Positions 27,979-37,456 of a DNA stretch of 64,000 bases are shown piece after piece; position 1 is the stretch's first letter; each line of letters begins with the position of its first letter. Origin of the DNA: Bacteroidales bacterium (GTDB taxonomy: Bacteria; Bacteroidota; Bacteroidia; Bacteroidales; VadinHA17); contig DAOSAY010000002.1 of NCBI GenBank assembly GCA_035360515.1, positions 67,789 through 131,788 on the forward strand, read 5' to 3'. Below the pieces are notes generated by a model that saw only the letters and a program-made list of their open reading frames with translations, searched no databases and was not told the DNA's origin. Position numbers and translations under genes: made by a program.

Positions 27979-29538
27979 TTATTTGCCTTCTTCCTTTGAG
28001 AAGATTTGCAAACGGGCTTTCATGTTGTTGAGTTCATTAAGAAGGTTGTCTTCAGGCTTGAGAAAATCGAAGTCGCCCCAGAAATCGTAATCATAACCTG
28101 TAATGGTTTTTGAAAAGACAGACTGAAGAGGTGCTGTTTCATCCCTTTCAAACCTTGTAACATTTTCAGTACGGATATCGGTTACGGCCATTTCAAAAAA
28201 GACAAGGAAATTTGTTGTAAATAAATGGTTTTTCTGACGGGCTGTAAAATTCAGGTCGCCTCTTACGTGATTAAGAAAATACCGACCGTTGATATTTTTA
28301 TAGCTTACTCTGTATTTTATTGATATAGGTAAAATTGTGTATCCTTTCGCCTGATAGGTAATAAAATCTTCTTTGTTCTTTTTGATATATGCAGGATTAA
28401 CTTCAAATTCTGCATATTCGATGGCATAATTGAGAGTATTAATATATATACTGCCTGTAAAAAGGGGAATTTCAACTTCTGGTTTCTGGACAAATTCAAC
28501 AACAAAAGCCGTTCCTTCATCAACTTTTACAATGTCAGTCATTCTATAATCATATTGCGAAAAATTCTCAGGATACAGGAAATCGAATGTGTTTTTAGCT
28601 CCGTCGAGTTCAAGGCAACTATTTAAACCTGCTTTAAGCCTGACTGTAATAGTATCTTTCAGGCCGATATTTTCCATTTTCCTGCTTTTGAAGATCTTTA
28701 TCTGGTCACCCAGCAATGATGAGGTGTAAGGTGATTTATATATCCCGATGATAGCTTCGGAGTATATCTGCAGGTCATTTTTTTTGATGACAGCTTCCCT
28801 GTAAAAACCTGTAAGCATTGCTGGTGTGTTGCCATAGTTTCGAGAGACATAAGTGTAAGCTTTTCTGAGAATCTCCTGCGGAGGCTGGTTGCGGATTATG
28901 ATTTCCGGAATCGGAATGTAATCCCTTTTTAATTTTATGTTGAACTCGTTACCTATAGCCTGCCAGACAGGAATTTTTCTTTGCTGGTAGCCTATGTGTG
29001 ATATTACCAGGGTATCTTTTATCCAGTCGCGGTTAATCTTAAAAAGGAATTCTCCGTTATTGTTTGCAACAGTTCCACGTCCCACCGACCTTATGCCAAT
29101 TGTAGCATATGGAATTGGTTCACCGGTTTCAAAGTCTGAAATGGTTCCTGTCAGATCCTTATATTCCCATTCAGGTATTTCAATAGCATAGGGCTGGTAT
29201 GGAGTGATTTTGTAAATGATTATATATTTATTGATTACCGTAAAATCAACAGAATCATTTGAAATTATCTGATTAAGTATTTCTCTCAACTGGGTTCTCT
29301 GAAAGGTTAAAGAGACTTTTTTGTCAGGATTAATCAGCTTGCTGTCGTAGGTAAAGGAGTAACCCGTCTGCCGGCTGATAATGTTAAAAGCATTGCTGAC
29401 CTTAACAGTTCCGGACTTAAAAGTAAACAATGAATCGAGAATATTCTCCTGTCCATTCAGCCAGATGCTGCAACAGAGTAAAACAAGCAATGCAATGCCT
29501 GTTTTTTTTCTTACCAGCCAGACATTGCAGTTTTTCAT
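27979..29538 (-). CDS. Secreted STN-domain + CarboxypepD_reg-domain protein with a C-terminal region of about 310 aa of unknown function (not a TonB-dependent transporter)
   Basis: Signal peptide, then an STN-like block (FTFKSGTVKVSNAFNIISRQTGYSFTYDSKL...), then a CarbopepD_reg block (GTISDFETGEPIPYATIGIRSVGRGTVANNNGEFLF). The C-terminal part is homologous to ORF 31088..32401 (FYRE... motif). Confidence 0.7.
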   Translation of the reverse strand: MKNCNVWLVRKKTGIALLVLLCCSIWLNGQENILDSLFTFKSGTVKVSNAFNIISRQTGYSFTYDSKLINPDKKVSLTFQRTQLREILNQIISNDSVDFTVINKYIIIYKITPYQPYAIEIPEWEYKDLTGTISDFETGEPIPYATIGIRSVGRGTVANNNGEFLFKINRDWIKDTLVISHIGYQQRKIPVWQAIGNEFNIKLKRDYIPIPEIIIRNQPPQEILRKAYTYVSRNYGNTPAMLTGFYREAVIKKNDLQIYSEAIIGIYKSPYTSSLLGDQIKIFKSRKMENIGLKDTITVRLKAGLNSCLELDGAKNTFDFLYPENFSQYDYRMTDIVKVDEGTAFVVEFVQKPEVEIPLFTGSIYINTLNYAIEYAEFEVNPAYIKKNKEDFITYQAKGYTILPISIKYRVSYKNINGRYFLNHVRGDLNFTARQKNHLFTTNFLVFFEMAVTDIRTENVTRFERDETAPLQSVFSKTITGYDYDFWGDFDFLKPEDNLLNELNNMKARLQIFSKEEGK

Positions 29539-29550
29539 ATTTCCTTTAAG

Positions 29551-30537
29551 TTAATTTTTCAATAGGTGGAAATGTTTTCCATCCTTGATATAACTCAAGT
29601 TAAAGGTAGTACAAATTACGCGAATAATTGTTTCTACAGGGTCATTGTTGAATACTGCCGTAATAGTTTTATCAAGTATTGAAGAATCAGCAACTGAGAT
29701 ATCTATATTGTATGCTCTTTTAAGATCCCTGAAAACATCTGTCAAACTTGTTCCTTCATATACTAGAAGGGAGGTTTTCCATGACAAGTAATTTCTGTTA
29801 TTATTCAGGGTTTTGTTGAGTTGGCCCGGAGCTGTTGTTCCGATATAGCCAGGCTCAAGCAGTATGCTGCCGCCTTTTTCATCGGCAAGGAGAACCTTCC
29901 CGCTTTCCACGAACACTTCCACCTCTCCTTCAAGGTTACGTGTAATAACATTGAAAGAGGTTCCTACAACCTTTATTTCTGCTTTACCAGCATCTACTGA
30001 GAAGGGATTTTTTTCATCAGGGACTATGTCGAAGTAACCTTCTCCGCTTAAGGTCACCTTTCTTCCCGTCCTGTTCCAGTTTTTTGAATATGAGATTTCC
30101 GAACTGTGATTAAGCCAAACCTTGCTGCCATCGGGAAGGACAATCTCCCTGTTCTTTTCCTCTTCACCTGTTGCAATAATAATCCTGCTTCCTGACACAG
30201 CTTTATCAAATAAAACATAAGTGACTGTCCCGAGAGCTGCAAGGAGCAAAACAGCAGCAGCTATTCTGAGATACAGGGATATTGATTTTCTTACCCCAGC
30301 CTGGTGAGGGTGGACTTTTTCACTGGATATTTTTGACCTGATTATGTTCCAGGCATTCTCAACGTTTATTTCTTCTGAATTTATTTCTGAACCTGCAGAT
30401 TTCCAGTATCTTTCGAGCATTTTTTCAGTTTCAGAACTGACATTGCCAGAAAATTCATCTCCGGTTGTTTCTTCGCCTGAAAACCTTGCAGCAAGCCTTT
30501 CCCAGTACTGATCCGTAAATTTTTCAGATGGTTTCAT
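29551..30537 (-). CDS. FecR-family anti-sigma factor (with a DUF4974-like C-terminus)
   Basis: Single TM helix (LYLRIAAAVLLLAALGTVTYVLF) and a periplasmic FecR block (VLPDGSKVWLNHSSEISY...GEGYFDV). The start was set at ATG 30537 (MKPSEKF), 5 nt after the sigma-factor stop. Confidence 0.85.
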   Translation of the reverse strand: MKPSEKFTDQYWERLAARFSGEETTGDEFSGNVSSETEKMLERYWKSAGSEINSEEINVENAWNIIRSKISSEKVHPHQAGVRKSISLYLRIAAAVLLLAALGTVTYVLFDKAVSGSRIIIATGEEEKNREIVLPDGSKVWLNHSSEISYSKNWNRTGRKVTLSGEGYFDIVPDEKNPFSVDAGKAEIKVVGTSFNVITRNLEGEVEVFVESGKVLLADEKGGSILLEPGYIGTTAPGQLNKTLNNNRNYLSWKTSLLVYEGTSLTDVFRDLKRAYNIDISVADSSILDKTITAVFNNDPVETIIRVICTTFNLSYIKDGKHFHLLKN

Positions 30538-30542
30538 ATTAG

Positions 30543-31076
30543 TTAATCCTCTATAATTTTCCTTAGTTCTTTTAATGCTTTTCCCATGCATGCTTCCACT
30601 GTCTTGACAGAAATTGAAAGTTTTTCTGCTATTTCTTTATATTTAAGACCTTCAAACCTGTTCATGCAGAATATTTTACAACACCGTTCCGGAAGTTTTT
30701 CAAGCACACGTGCTATTTTATCTTCGAGTTCCTTCAGGTTAATTTCTCCATCAGCTTCATCAGCTATCCCGGTGTTCGTTTCATATATTCTCTCAGCGTG
30801 TTTTTCAACTACTTTCAGATGCTGAAGATGATGGAGGCAACGGTTATGTACAGACCTGAAAAGATAACCTGTTAAGGAACTTTTAATATTGAGGTTTTTT
30901 CTTTCGTTCCATATTTTCACAAAAAGATCCTGAACAATTTCTTCAGCTGTATCTCTGTCTTTAACAAGTGTGCCAGCATATTTTACAAGGGAAATATAGG
31001 AGGAGCGGAAAAGTGTTTCGAATTCTTTTATGTCACCTTCTCTTATCCTCCTTATTATTTCCCTTTCTTCCGGCAT
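30543..31076 (-). CDS. ECF-type RNA polymerase sigma-70 factor
   Basis: 177 aa with region 2 (FETLFRSSYISLVKYA...DTAEEIVQDLFVKIW) and region 4 (RFEGLKYKEIAEKLSISVKTVEA). Confidence 0.9.
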   Translation of the reverse strand: MPEEREIIRRIREGDIKEFETLFRSSYISLVKYAGTLVKDRDTAEEIVQDLFVKIWNERKNLNIKSSLTGYLFRSVHNRCLHHLQHLKVVEKHAERIYETNTGIADEADGEINLKELEDKIARVLEKLPERCCKIFCMNRFEGLKYKEIAEKLSISVKTVEACMGKALKELRKIIED

Positions 31077-31087
31077 TATTTCATGAG

Positions 31088-32401
31088 TTATTTTTCTTCA
31101 GGCGGACGGTCGCTGAATTTGACTTTTCTAGCGAGTCTTCTAATAGCCTGTTCAATACTCTGGTCGGGTTCAATTATATTATATTCACCCCAGAAATTCT
31201 CATCGGCAAAAGCTGAAACTTCATCGAGGAAGATATCAGTATACCTTAGTTTTTCCTTCCCTGCAAATTTAATAACTTCCTCTTCAGTGCGATCAGTGAC
31301 TGCTATTTCTGACATTGTAGTATAGTGAGGATTGAAGAGTTTCCTCTTCCAGTTGACCTTAAATCTGACTTCTGCTCTTGAATATGCAAAGTACCATTTC
31401 CCGTCCTGTTCGCGGTACTTTATCATATATGATGCTACTTCGGGAGTTACTTCCATGCCAAGAGGTTTTTTCTTGATAAATAATGCTGTGGCTTCCTCTT
31501 TGTTTTCAAGGTTAAGTCCGAATTCAGCTGCCGAAAGGGCGAAAGTCTTGGTGTCAATATAAAGTTTACCCATAAACAATGGCATTGTGATATCTTTCTT
31601 CTGGCTGAATTCAACTATATAGTTAGGCCTTTCATCTATTTCCACCATTCCAGTAAGCCGGTAATCGTAGTATTTTATTGCCTCAGGAGTCAGAATAGCC
31701 TCCGGATTTTTTATCAGGTCAAGCTCCAGTGCGGTTACAGGTCCGCCCTGCAGCTTAAAGAGAACAGTATCAGATTTTGCCATATCAGTATTCTTTCTGC
31801 CTTTATATATTCGTGTGGCATCAAACCTCAGATCATTCTGATATGGAGCCTTGAATATTTCCACTAGAGCTTCACCAATAGAAATGTACTGCCTGTTTTT
31901 TCTTATAGTTTCTCTGTAGAAGGCAGTCATCATATTTGGTATGTTTGGGTAATTCTTTGAAATTGAACTGAGAAGTTTGCTGATGATTTCATCAGGCATA
32001 ATTGGTTTGATGATTATTTCCTTCAGTGGAACAGGAGCAGACTCCATTGTAATGATGTTCCTGAATCCGTCATCTTTCAACTCTATCAATGGAATAACCT
32101 TGTTTTTATAACCAATATGGGTTATTTCAAGATTCTTAGATACTTCAGTTTCAGGTATCTTAATAATAAATTCGCCGTCAATATTGGTTATCGTTGCAAC
32201 GTTTGTTTCTTTAACTGCAACTGACGCAAAAATAAGAGGCTGAAGAGTCTCTTTATCTACCACCCTACCCCTGAGTACCAGAATTGATTGCTGGTCGGGA
32301 TTCTTTGTTGCCTTCGGCTTCCCTGCCAGAACAGGAAAAGCCGTGGATAAAACAAGAAGAATTGTAAGAACAATTCCCGGATAAATGCTTAACTTTTTCA
32401 T
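31088..32401 (-). CDS. Secreted CarboxypepD_reg-domain protein, paralog of 27979..29538 without the STN domain
   Basis: Signal peptide and a CarbopepD_reg block (LRGRVVDKETLQPLIFASVAVKETNVATITNIDGEFIIKIP). It shares a C-terminal region with the downstream paralog (AFYRETIRKNRQYISIGEALVEIFKAPY versus GFYREAVIKKNDLQIYSEAIIGIYKSPY). Confidence 0.7.
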   Translation of the reverse strand: MKKLSIYPGIVLTILLVLSTAFPVLAGKPKATKNPDQQSILVLRGRVVDKETLQPLIFASVAVKETNVATITNIDGEFIIKIPETEVSKNLEITHIGYKNKVIPLIELKDDGFRNIITMESAPVPLKEIIIKPIMPDEIISKLLSSISKNYPNIPNMMTAFYRETIRKNRQYISIGEALVEIFKAPYQNDLRFDATRIYKGRKNTDMAKSDTVLFKLQGGPVTALELDLIKNPEAILTPEAIKYYDYRLTGMVEIDERPNYIVEFSQKKDITMPLFMGKLYIDTKTFALSAAEFGLNLENKEEATALFIKKKPLGMEVTPEVASYMIKYREQDGKWYFAYSRAEVRFKVNWKRKLFNPHYTTMSEIAVTDRTEEEVIKFAGKEKLRYTDIFLDEVSAFADENFWGEYNIIEPDQSIEQAIRRLARKVKFSDRPPEEK

Positions 32402-32502
32402 GGCTGCAGAGTTTTTGGTTTATAGTTTATAATTGTGTTGAATTTTTTCTGTTCTTGATTTTTTCATATATAAGACCTTCAAAGTATAGGTATACCCTAT
32501 AG

Positions 32503-32534
32503 AAAAATTCCAATAGTTTTTCTGTGGAATTTTT
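32503..32534. repeat. Perfect 10-bp inverted repeat AAAAATTCCA-N12-TGGAATTTTT in a divergent intergenic region
   Basis: Read directly from the sequence. It lies 35 bp upstream of the radical SAM ATG (32570) and about 100 bp upstream of the ECF-operon first gene on the other strand. A second 6-bp inverted repeat, TATAGG-N5-CCTATA, is at 32485..32501. Confidence 0.4.
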
Positions 32535-32569
32535 TACCTTCACAATAAACCTGCAAGCGAGAGTTACAA

Positions 32570-33535
32570 ATGGTAAGGATAATTAATTTAACCGGAGGAC
32601 TTATATCGTACCTTACAAGTCTTCTAGTGCACAGAGCTGTAGTTTATGGAATGCCAGCAGCTCTGAATGTGGAGATTTCCGGAAAATGTAACCTCAGATG
32701 CCCTGAATGCCTCACGGGATCAGGGCAAAGCAAAAGGCCATCAGGATTTATGGAGGTGGAACTTTATAAAAAAATTTTAAGTGAATTAAAGTCTTATTTG
32801 TTGAATGTTAACCTCTACTTTCAGGGCGAGCCGATGCTCCACCCAGATTTTTTTAAATTCGTTTCGCTTTCCAGAGGCATAAGGCTTACCCTCTCAACAA
32901 ATGGACATTATTTGACGGATGAGAATATCAGTAGGATAATTGAATCGGATATAAGAGAAATAATTGTTTCACTCGACGGATATGACAGGCAAACCTATTC
33001 TGCCTACCGCAGGGGTGGAGATTTTGAAAAAGTCAGGGAGGGGATATTAAAACTTGCAGCAGCTTTGAAAGAGAAGGACTCCCGGACAAAACTTGTAGTG
33101 CAGTTTCTTGTTAACAGGCACAATGAGCAACAAATTCAGGAAGTCAGAAATTTTGCCGTGGGAGCAGGTGCCAGATTTCACCTGAAATCGATGCAGATAA
33201 TTAATCCCAAAGGATTTGAAGAGTGGCTGCCATCGCATGAGAAATTCAGAAGGTATTTCAAAGATGATAATGGAGACTACAAACTTAAGAGCCGGCTTAA
33301 AAACAGGTGCTTCAGGTTATGGCTTAGTCCGGTTATAGCATGGAACGGTGATGTTTTGCCCTGCTGTTTTGACAAAAATGCCGAATTTGTTCTAGGAAAC
33401 ATTGGTGAATCTTCTTTCAGGGAGATCTGGCACGGAGAAAGGAACAGAGCGTTCAGGGAAAAAGTGCTCCACAACAGGGCAGGCATTGATATTTGCAGAA
33501 ATTGTACCACCGGACTCAGGGGAGTAATTATTTAA
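32570..33535 (+). CDS. Radical SAM / SPASM-domain protein (substrate unknown)
   Basis: Radical-SAM motif CNLRCPECLTG, the YFQGEPMLHP block, and a C-terminal SPASM/twitch Cys pattern (WNGDVLPCCFD...CRNCTTG). Confidence 0.8.
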   Translation: MVRIINLTGGLISYLTSLLVHRAVVYGMPAALNVEISGKCNLRCPECLTGSGQSKRPSGFMEVELYKKILSELKSYLLNVNLYFQGEPMLHPDFFKFVSLSRGIRLTLSTNGHYLTDENISRIIESDIREIIVSLDGYDRQTYSAYRRGGDFEKVREGILKLAAALKEKDSRTKLVVQFLVNRHNEQQIQEVRNFAVGAGARFHLKSMQIINPKGFEEWLPSHEKFRRYFKDDNGDYKLKSRLKNRCFRLWLSPVIAWNGDVLPCCFDKNAEFVLGNIGESSFREIWHGERNRAFREKVLHNRAGIDICRNCTTGLRGVII

Positions 33536-33584
33536 ATATTCCGGATAAAATTGTAAATTGAATAAAAATTTAATTTTCATATAT

Positions 33585-35978
33585 ATGAGAACTTTAAGAA
33601 TCATTTTGTTATCCTTTCTCTTCCTGATACTGGCCGCACTTGTTGCTGTTCTAATTGTTGTCAGAAACATCAGCAGAGGAGCTTTACCTTCATATCAGGG
33701 GGAGATGCAGCTAAGTGGGTTGATTGATGAGGTTACTGTATACCGCGATGAGCGCGGCATACCTCACATATACGCTGCAAATGAACACGATCTCTATTTT
33801 GCCACAGGCTATATTATGGCTCAGGAGAGACTCTGGCAGATGGATCTTATACGAAGGGTGACAACAGGCCGTCTTTCAGAAATATTCGGAAAAGACTATA
33901 TCAAGACAGACCTTTTTCTCCGTAGCCTTAATATGACTGAAAAATCAGAAAAAGTAATCAGTAACACGGAGACTGAGATAATGGAGTGCCTTCAGGCCTA
34001 TGTGGATGGTGTGAACTGCTATATTCATGAAAGAGGCAGGAAATTACCCCCGGAGTTCAGAATACTTTCATATACACCGGAGCCATGGTCGGTTATTGAT
34101 ATGACAAACATAATAGGTTACATGGGCTGGGATCTGGCTTCCGACAATCTCTATTCAGATCTTTTTAATTACCGTCTGGTAAAGAAAATGGGAGAACAAA
34201 AGGCTTCATCTCTGATACCCGACTGGAAGGCACCCTGTACAACGGTCTTCCCCGACTTCAAGCTTGATGACAATTCTGCTTTGGCACTCATGAAACTTAT
34301 TTCATATACAGATAAAATAACATCTTCTGTTTTTGGTCCATTTTCAGGAAGCAACAACTGGGCTGTCTCAGGGAGTAAAACAGAAACAGGAAAACCTGTA
34401 ATGTGCAATGATATGCACCTGAGTTTTGGCTCTCCTGGAATATGGATACAGATGCATCAGGTAATTCCTGGTAAAATAAATGTAACAGGAGTTCTTATTC
34501 CGGGAGAACCTTTTGTGGTGGCAGGACACAATGAAAAAATTGCTTGGGGGTTAACTAACCTTATGGTTGATGATATTGATCTGTATGAAGAAAAGATTAA
34601 TCCGTCCGATACTAACCAGTATTTCTTTAATGGCGAATGGGTCAATATGAAGGTGAAAAAGGAGCTCATCAGAATAAAGGGAGGAAGTGATACTGCAATG
34701 ATTATCAGATTTACTCATCGTGGACCAATAATATCGGAATTTGAGAATGTGAAAGATGCAAAGCTTTCCATGAGATGGTCGGGATATGATGAAAGTAACG
34801 AGATAAAGGCTGTATATCTATTGAATAAGGCTTCAAATTTTGATGAATTCAGAAATGCGATAAGCCATTTCAGATCGATAAGCCAGAATTTTGTCTATGC
34901 CGATATTGAAGGTAATATAGGGTTGAATACCGGGGGAGGTATTCCTTTAAGAAAGGGTCCAGGGACGATAATCAGGGATGGGCAGAGCGGTGAATGGGAT
35001 TGGAAAGGATATGTACCTTTTGCACAGTTGCCTTTTGTTTATAACCCGCCTGAAGGTCATGTGTCATCAGCAAATAATAAAACAGTGGAGGATTATCCGG
35101 TTTATATAAGTTCTGAGTTTGCACTACCATACCGGATTAACAGAATCAGGCAGATGCTGAATGAAAAAGAAGTGATGACAATTGAAGATTTCAAGAGGAT
35201 GATTACAGATCAGCATTCCGACTATGCGGCCAGGTTAACTCCGGAGATATTGAAGGTAGTGGCATTAAGAATGGATTCACTGAATGAGACTGAGAGGAAG
35301 GCATTTGCATCACTGCAGAAATGGGATTATGATATGAATAAAGATCTGGTGGCTCCATCGGTTTTCGAATTCTTCAGATTTACCTTTCCGGAAAACATTC
35401 TTGCAGATGAACTGGGTGAATTGTATGAAACTATAGGAGAAACTTGCAGAGATTATTATTTATACCGGATAATGACAGAAGGACCTGATGAATGGATCGA
35501 TAATATTAAAACGGATAAGAAGGAAACTCTGGATGACATAATATTTAAAAGTTTCAGGGATTGTGTTGCTGAGATTTCTTCAAAATATGGTACAGATACA
35601 GCAAAGTGGAAGTGGGGAGATATTCACAGGATAAAATTATCGCATCCTCTTGGCTCGGTTAAGCTTCTTGACTTTCTTTTCGGGTTGAATTCAAAGGAAT
35701 ACAGGGTTGGTGGGAGCAATCATACTATTTCACCCTATACATATCGGAAAGGATTTGAAGTATATCATGGGGCCTCTGAGAGGCATATTTTCAATACATC
35801 GAACTGGGATGAGTCGTTTACAGTTGTCCCAACAGGAGTTTCGGGTATTCCTGCCAGTGAATTTTATTTGTCACAGACCGATGCTTATATAAACTGCAGG
35901 TTTTACATGGATCATTTCAGTGAGCCTGCAGTAAAAGCATCAGCGAAATATAAAGCTATTTTTAAGCCGGCAAGGTAG
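33585..35978 (+). CDS. Penicillin/AHL acylase family (Ntn hydrolase) protein
   Basis: N-terminal TM or signal segment. The motifs IPHIYAANEHDLYFATGYIMAQERLWQMD and the GSNNWAVSG nucleophile-serine junction are typical of PvdQ/penicillin amidase. The start was set at ATG 33585; the track start at 33558 is TTG. Confidence 0.85.
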   Translation: MRTLRIILLSFLFLILAALVAVLIVVRNISRGALPSYQGEMQLSGLIDEVTVYRDERGIPHIYAANEHDLYFATGYIMAQERLWQMDLIRRVTTGRLSEIFGKDYIKTDLFLRSLNMTEKSEKVISNTETEIMECLQAYVDGVNCYIHERGRKLPPEFRILSYTPEPWSVIDMTNIIGYMGWDLASDNLYSDLFNYRLVKKMGEQKASSLIPDWKAPCTTVFPDFKLDDNSALALMKLISYTDKITSSVFGPFSGSNNWAVSGSKTETGKPVMCNDMHLSFGSPGIWIQMHQVIPGKINVTGVLIPGEPFVVAGHNEKIAWGLTNLMVDDIDLYEEKINPSDTNQYFFNGEWVNMKVKKELIRIKGGSDTAMIIRFTHRGPIISEFENVKDAKLSMRWSGYDESNEIKAVYLLNKASNFDEFRNAISHFRSISQNFVYADIEGNIGLNTGGGIPLRKGPGTIIRDGQSGEWDWKGYVPFAQLPFVYNPPEGHVSSANNKTVEDYPVYISSEFALPYRINRIRQMLNEKEVMTIEDFKRMITDQHSDYAARLTPEILKVVALRMDSLNETERKAFASLQKWDYDMNKDLVAPSVFEFFRFTFPENILADELGELYETIGETCRDYYLYRIMTEGPDEWIDNIKTDKKETLDDIIFKSFRDCVAEISSKYGTDTAKWKWGDIHRIKLSHPLGSVKLLDFLFGLNSKEYRVGGSNHTISPYTYRKGFEVYHGASERHIFNTSNWDESFTVVPTGVSGIPASEFYLSQTDAYINCRFYMDHFSEPAVKASAKYKAIFKPAR

Positions 35979-36018
35979 TTATGTAAAGCAAAACAGAGCC
36001 GGGGAAGAGTTGCAACCC

Positions 36019-36582
36019 TTAAACGGTCATTATTTCTTTTTCTTTAATAGCAAGTACTTTTTCGACTTTAGCGATAAAGTCATCCGTCATCTCCTGAACG
36101 TCTTCGATTGCTTTTTTCTCGAGGTCTTCAGGCAGTCCTTCTTTACGGAGCCTCTTCAATTCATCGTTAGCCCATTTACGGGAGTTACGAATGCTTATCC
36201 TTGCTGTTTCCCCTTCGTTTTTCACCTGTTTTACCAGCTGAAGCCGCCGTTCTTCAGTAAGTGGTGGAATAGTAATTCTAATAACTTCGCCGTTATTTAC
36301 AGGAACCAGACCGATATTAGCTGCAAGAATAGCTTTTTCAATGGTTGTAAGCATGCTCTTTTCCCATGGCTGGATTAGGATAGTTCTGGGGTCGGGTGTA
36401 TGGATGTTTGAGACCTGGGATAGGGGTGAGTTGACGCCGTAATATTCTACAGTTATTCCGTCGAGAAGAGCCGGATTAGCTCTGCCAGCGCGCATTCTTG
36501 CGAGCTCATGTTCAAGATGCTCAAGGGCTTTCTGCATTCTTTCCCTGGCTTCTTCCATTACCAGTTCTATTTCTTCATTCAT
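36019..36582 (-). CDS. frr: Ribosome recycling factor
   Basis: 187 aa with full-length similarity to Frr (MQKALEHLEHELARMRAGRANPALLDGITVEYYG...). Confidence 0.95.
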   Translation of the reverse strand: MNEEIELVMEEARERMQKALEHLEHELARMRAGRANPALLDGITVEYYGVNSPLSQVSNIHTPDPRTILIQPWEKSMLTTIEKAILAANIGLVPVNNGEVIRITIPPLTEERRLQLVKQVKNEGETARISIRNSRKWANDELKRLRKEGLPEDLEKKAIEDVQEMTDDFIAKVEKVLAIKEKEIMTV

Positions 36583-36645
36583 ATCCTGAAATGTTTATTT
36601 ATCCATTAAAGCGAAACAAAAATAATAAATTATAGATATTGAGTA

Positions 36646-37359
36646 TTAAATTGCCATATGTACAAGGGTGCCAATTTTCTCCCCGTTCACTATTTTAAAA
36701 AGATTTCCCCTGATATTCATATTAAAGACAACAATAGGCATGTTATTATCACGACACATGGTAAACGCCGTTGAGTCCATTACTTTGAGGTTTTTCTGGA
36801 TTGCCTCGTCGAATGATATTGTTTCAAATTTTTTTGCTGAATGGTCTTTTTCCGGGTCGGATGTATATACTCCGTCAACTCTTGTGCCTTTCAGCAATAC
36901 ATCGGCAGAGATTTCCACAGCTCTAAGTGCTGCTGCAGTGTCGGTAGTGAAAAAGGGGTTGCCCGTTCCAGCTGCAAGCAGGCAAATTGTCTTGTTTTTG
37001 AGTGCTTCTATTACACGGTCGCGGTTATAAAGCTCACCTACTGGCTCCATTCTTATTGCTGTAAAAAGTCTTGCTTTTCCGCCCTGCTGATGAATTTCGC
37101 TTTCGAGGGCCAGGCTGTTTATGACTGTAGCAAGCATACCCATCTGGTCTCCTTTTACCCTGTCAATTCCTGATTGTGTTCCGCTAAGCCCCCTGAAAAT
37201 ATTGCCTCCTCCCGTAACGACAGCCACCTGGCATCCGGCTTCCGATATTTCGATAATTTGCGATACATATTCCTGGAGTACCTTTTTTGAAATTCCGTGA
37301 CTTTCACTTCCCATCAGTGCTTCGCCGCTGAGTTTTAGCAAAATACGTGAGTATTTCAT
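36646..37359 (-). CDS. pyrH: UMP kinase
   Basis: Motifs YSRILLKLSGEAL and VVTGGGNIFRG. The start was set at ATG 37359; the track start at 37371 is GTG. Confidence 0.95.
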   Translation of the reverse strand: MKYSRILLKLSGEALMGSESHGISKKVLQEYVSQIIEISEAGCQVAVVTGGGNIFRGLSGTQSGIDRVKGDQMGMLATVINSLALESEIHQQGGKARLFTAIRMEPVGELYNRDRVIEALKNKTICLLAAGTGNPFFTTDTAAALRAVEISADVLLKGTRVDGVYTSDPEKDHSAKKFETISFDEAIQKNLKVMDSTAFTMCRDNNMPIVVFNMNIRGNLFKIVNGEKIGTLVHMAI

Positions 37360-37402
37360 TGTTTTTATCACTTGCCTTCTGTCAGCTAAGGTAATAATAA
37401 AA

Positions 37403-37428
37403 TAAAAAAGCCATCTCTTCGGATGGCT
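37403..37428 (-). terminator. Intrinsic terminator downstream of tsf
   Basis: On the minus strand, a hairpin AGCCATC-CGAAGA-GATGGCT (7-bp stem) is followed by a T tract of 6-7 nt. It lies between the tsf stop (37457) and the pyrH start (37359). Confidence 0.65.
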
Positions 37429-37456
37429 TCAGTTTATCATATTTTGAATTAAAAAA

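Noticed and set aside
29502-29509. A8/T8 homopolymer in the 5' end of the STN-CarbopepD gene as a slipped-strand phase-variation switch
   Set aside because: An 8-nt run encoding Lys-Lys in a signal-peptide n-region is common. There are no other hallmarks of contingency loci, and similar runs occur elsewhere in the window (for example 42225..42232 and 63936..63943).
32402-32569. Possible RiPP precursor or uORF near the radical SAM gene (14-codon ORF MKKSRTEKIQHNYKL on the minus strand, upstream of 32401)
   Set aside because: It is too short and basic, has no Cys/Ser/Thr-rich core, and lies on the opposite strand from the radical SAM gene. It is most likely a chance ORF in AT-rich DNA.
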